From: Candidatus Johnevansia muelleri
Lineage (GTDB): Bacteria > Pseudomonadota > Gammaproteobacteria > Johnevansiales > Johnevansiaceae
Assembly: GCA_000953435.1 (NCBI GenBank)
Contig: LM655252.1
Location: forward strand, 90,001-122,000
Reading direction: 5' to 3'
DNA length: 32,000 nucleotides
A program made the position numbers and the translations under genes. The notes beneath the pieces were generated by a model. The model did no database searches and was not told the DNA's origin. It saw nothing but the letters and a program-made list of their open reading frames with translations. Below are positions 30,813-32,000 of this stretch, piece by piece (position 1 is the stretch's first letter; each line of letters begins with the position of its first letter).

Positions 30813-32000
30813 ATGTCCGATAAATATGATGTTATAATCATAGGTACAGGACCTGGGGGGTATGTCGCTGGAATACGCGCAGCGCAGTTGGGTTTAAAAA
30901 CTGCTTGCATTGAAAAATGGGTTAACATTGATGGGAATATTGTTTACGGTGGAACGTGTCTTAATGTTGGTTGTATACCTTCTAAAGCTCTACTTGAAAT
31001 TTCATATAATTTCGTAAATGCAATAGAAAAATTTGAATTAATTGGTATCAATGTTAGTAATATTACTATTGATATTATAAAAATGATTAATAGTAAAAAT
31101 AAAACTGTTGCTACAATTAATAGAGGAATTAGCGCTATTTTAAAAAATAACAATATTACAGTAATAGAAGGTATTGGTAAGGTATTATCTAGTAATAAAG
31201 TAGAAGTTACTGGTAAAAATTGTATAAAAAATATTTTAAATACTGATAACATTATTATTGCCACAGGATCAGTACCTATAGAAACATCTGTAGCACCAGT
31301 AAACGGTGATACTATTGTTGATTCATCAGGAGCATTAAATTTTACAGCAGTGCCTGATCATCTTGGGATTATAGGTGCAGGTGCTATAGGGATAGAAATA
31401 GGTTCAGTATGGAACCGTCTTGGTAGCAAGGTTACAATCTTAGAATCGGAAAGTAAATTTCTACATACTGTGGATGAAGATTTATCTAAAGAAGCATATA
31501 AATTATTTACTAAGCAGGGAATTGACATACAATTGGGTGCTATAGTTATTTCTAGTAAAATTAATGATAAAAAGATACAAGTTATATATACAAAAGATAA
31601 TAGCATTAAAACAATTGTATTTGACAAGTTAATTGTTTCTATTGGCCGTCGTCCTTGTATAGATAATATCTTATATTCAAGCGCTGGAGTAGTAATAGAC
31701 GAAAAAAAATTCATACAAGTTAATGAACATTGTAAGACTAATGTATCAGGAATTTACGCAATAGGTGATGTAGTAAGAGGGCCTATGCTGGCGCATAAAG
31801 CCTCAGAAGAGGGTGTAATGGTAGCTAATATCATTGCCGGGCACAAATCAGAAATCAACTATAACACTATTCCTAATGTGATTTATACATATCCTGAAAT
31901 AGCATGGGTTGGAAAAAATGAGCAGAATATTAAAACTTTAGGTATAGAGTATAAAATAGGTACTTTTCCTTTCTATTCTTGTGGTCGGTCTATGGCAACT
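30813..32000 (+). CDS. lpdA: Dihydrolipoyl dehydrogenase (E3), 5' part; the frame stays open to the window end
   Basis: Hand translation gives MSDKYDVIIIGTGPGGYVAGIRAAQLGL...GGTCLNVGCIPSKALL (redox-active disulfide), LGIIGAGAIGIEIGSVW and IYAIGDVVRGPMLAHKASEEG. There is no stop in 396 codons. It is missing from the ORF track only because no stop falls inside the window. Confidence 0.94.
   Translation, partial: MSDKYDVIIIGTGPGGYVAGIRAAQLGLKTACIEKWVNIDGNIVYGGTCLNVGCIPSKALLEISYNFVNAIEKFELIGINVSNITIDIIKMINSKNKTVATINRGISAILKNNNITVIEGIGKVLSSNKVEVTGKNCIKNILNTDNIIIATGSVPIETSVAPVNGDTIVDSSGALNFTAVPDHLGIIGAGAIGIEIGSVWNRLGSKVTILESESKFLHTVDEDLSKEAYKLFTKQGIDIQLGAIVISSKINDKKIQVIYTKDNSIKTIVFDKLIVSIGRRPCIDNILYSSAGVVIDEKKFIQVNEHCKTNVSGIYAIGDVVRGPMLAHKASEEGVMVANIIAGHKSEINYNTIPNVIYTYPEIAWVGKNEQNIKTLGIEYKIGTFPFYSCGRSMAT

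Noticed and set aside
30799-30822. Tiny ORF MEIFNVR-stop upstream of and overlapping the lpdA start
   Set aside because: It has 7 codons, no SD and no conservation argument, so it is most likely a chance ORF in the sucB-lpdA spacer.
10243-31714. Nine antisense ORFs in the track (10243-10455, 15702-15902, 16360-16647, 19523-19741, 26386-26727, 27746-27946, 30384-30617, 30944-31264, 31358-31714, all minus strand)
   Set aside because: Each lies wholly opposite a strongly conserved + strand gene (rplD, rplE/rpsN, rpsH/rplF, rpsK/rpsD, sdhB, sucA, sucB, lpdA). Their sequences are low-complexity or hydrophobic shadows with no recognisable motifs.

Overview
This window is a tightly packed block of core housekeeping genes, all on the + strand, from a very AT-rich genome (by eye about 25-30% G+C, not computed). 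The genome looks reduced and proteobacterial, most consistent with an obligate intracellular symbiont; the exact taxon cannot be named without a database search. Gene order: rpoB (3' end), rpoC, rpsL, rpsG, fusA, tuf; S10 operon (rpsJ, rplC, rplD, rplW, rplB, rpsS, rplV, rpsC, rplP, rpmC, rpsQ); spc operon (rplN, rplX, rplE, rpsN, rpsH, rplF, rplR, rpsE, rpmD relic, rplO, no secY, rpmJ); alpha operon (rpsM, rpsK, rpsD, rpoA, rplQ); then ssb, gltX, sdhCDAB, sucAB and lpdA (5' part, runs off the window). Spacers are mostly 0-35 nt and several genes overlap. The genetic code appears standard: TGA ends rplD and rplP at their conserved C-termini, and Trp is TGG. Gene calls rest on my recall of E. 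coli orthologue sequences and motifs, not on searches. I see no rRNA, tRNA, CRISPR array, transposase, phage gene or defence gene, and no evidence for a novel multi-gene system. The unusual content is genome-decay and sequence-instability signatures. (1) rpsS carries a C-terminal extension of about 130 aa built from 13 in-frame tandem units (consensus [10 protein letters not shown]), several identical at the nucleotide level. (2) secY is absent from its canonical rplO-rpmJ slot, which is now a 234-nt spacer holding a perfect 10-bp hairpin, although the membrane proteins SdhC and SdhD are retained. (3) A recognisable rpmD (L30) relic lies between rpsE and rplO. (4) rpmJ and sdhC have conserved N-termini but no ATG, GTG or TTG start, so they apparently start at ATA or ATT after strong Shine-Dalgarno (SD) sites; the ORF track missed rpmJ and truncated sdhC. 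(5) There are slippage-prone homopolymers: G9 abutting the rplC start, A12 in fusA and A13 in gltX.
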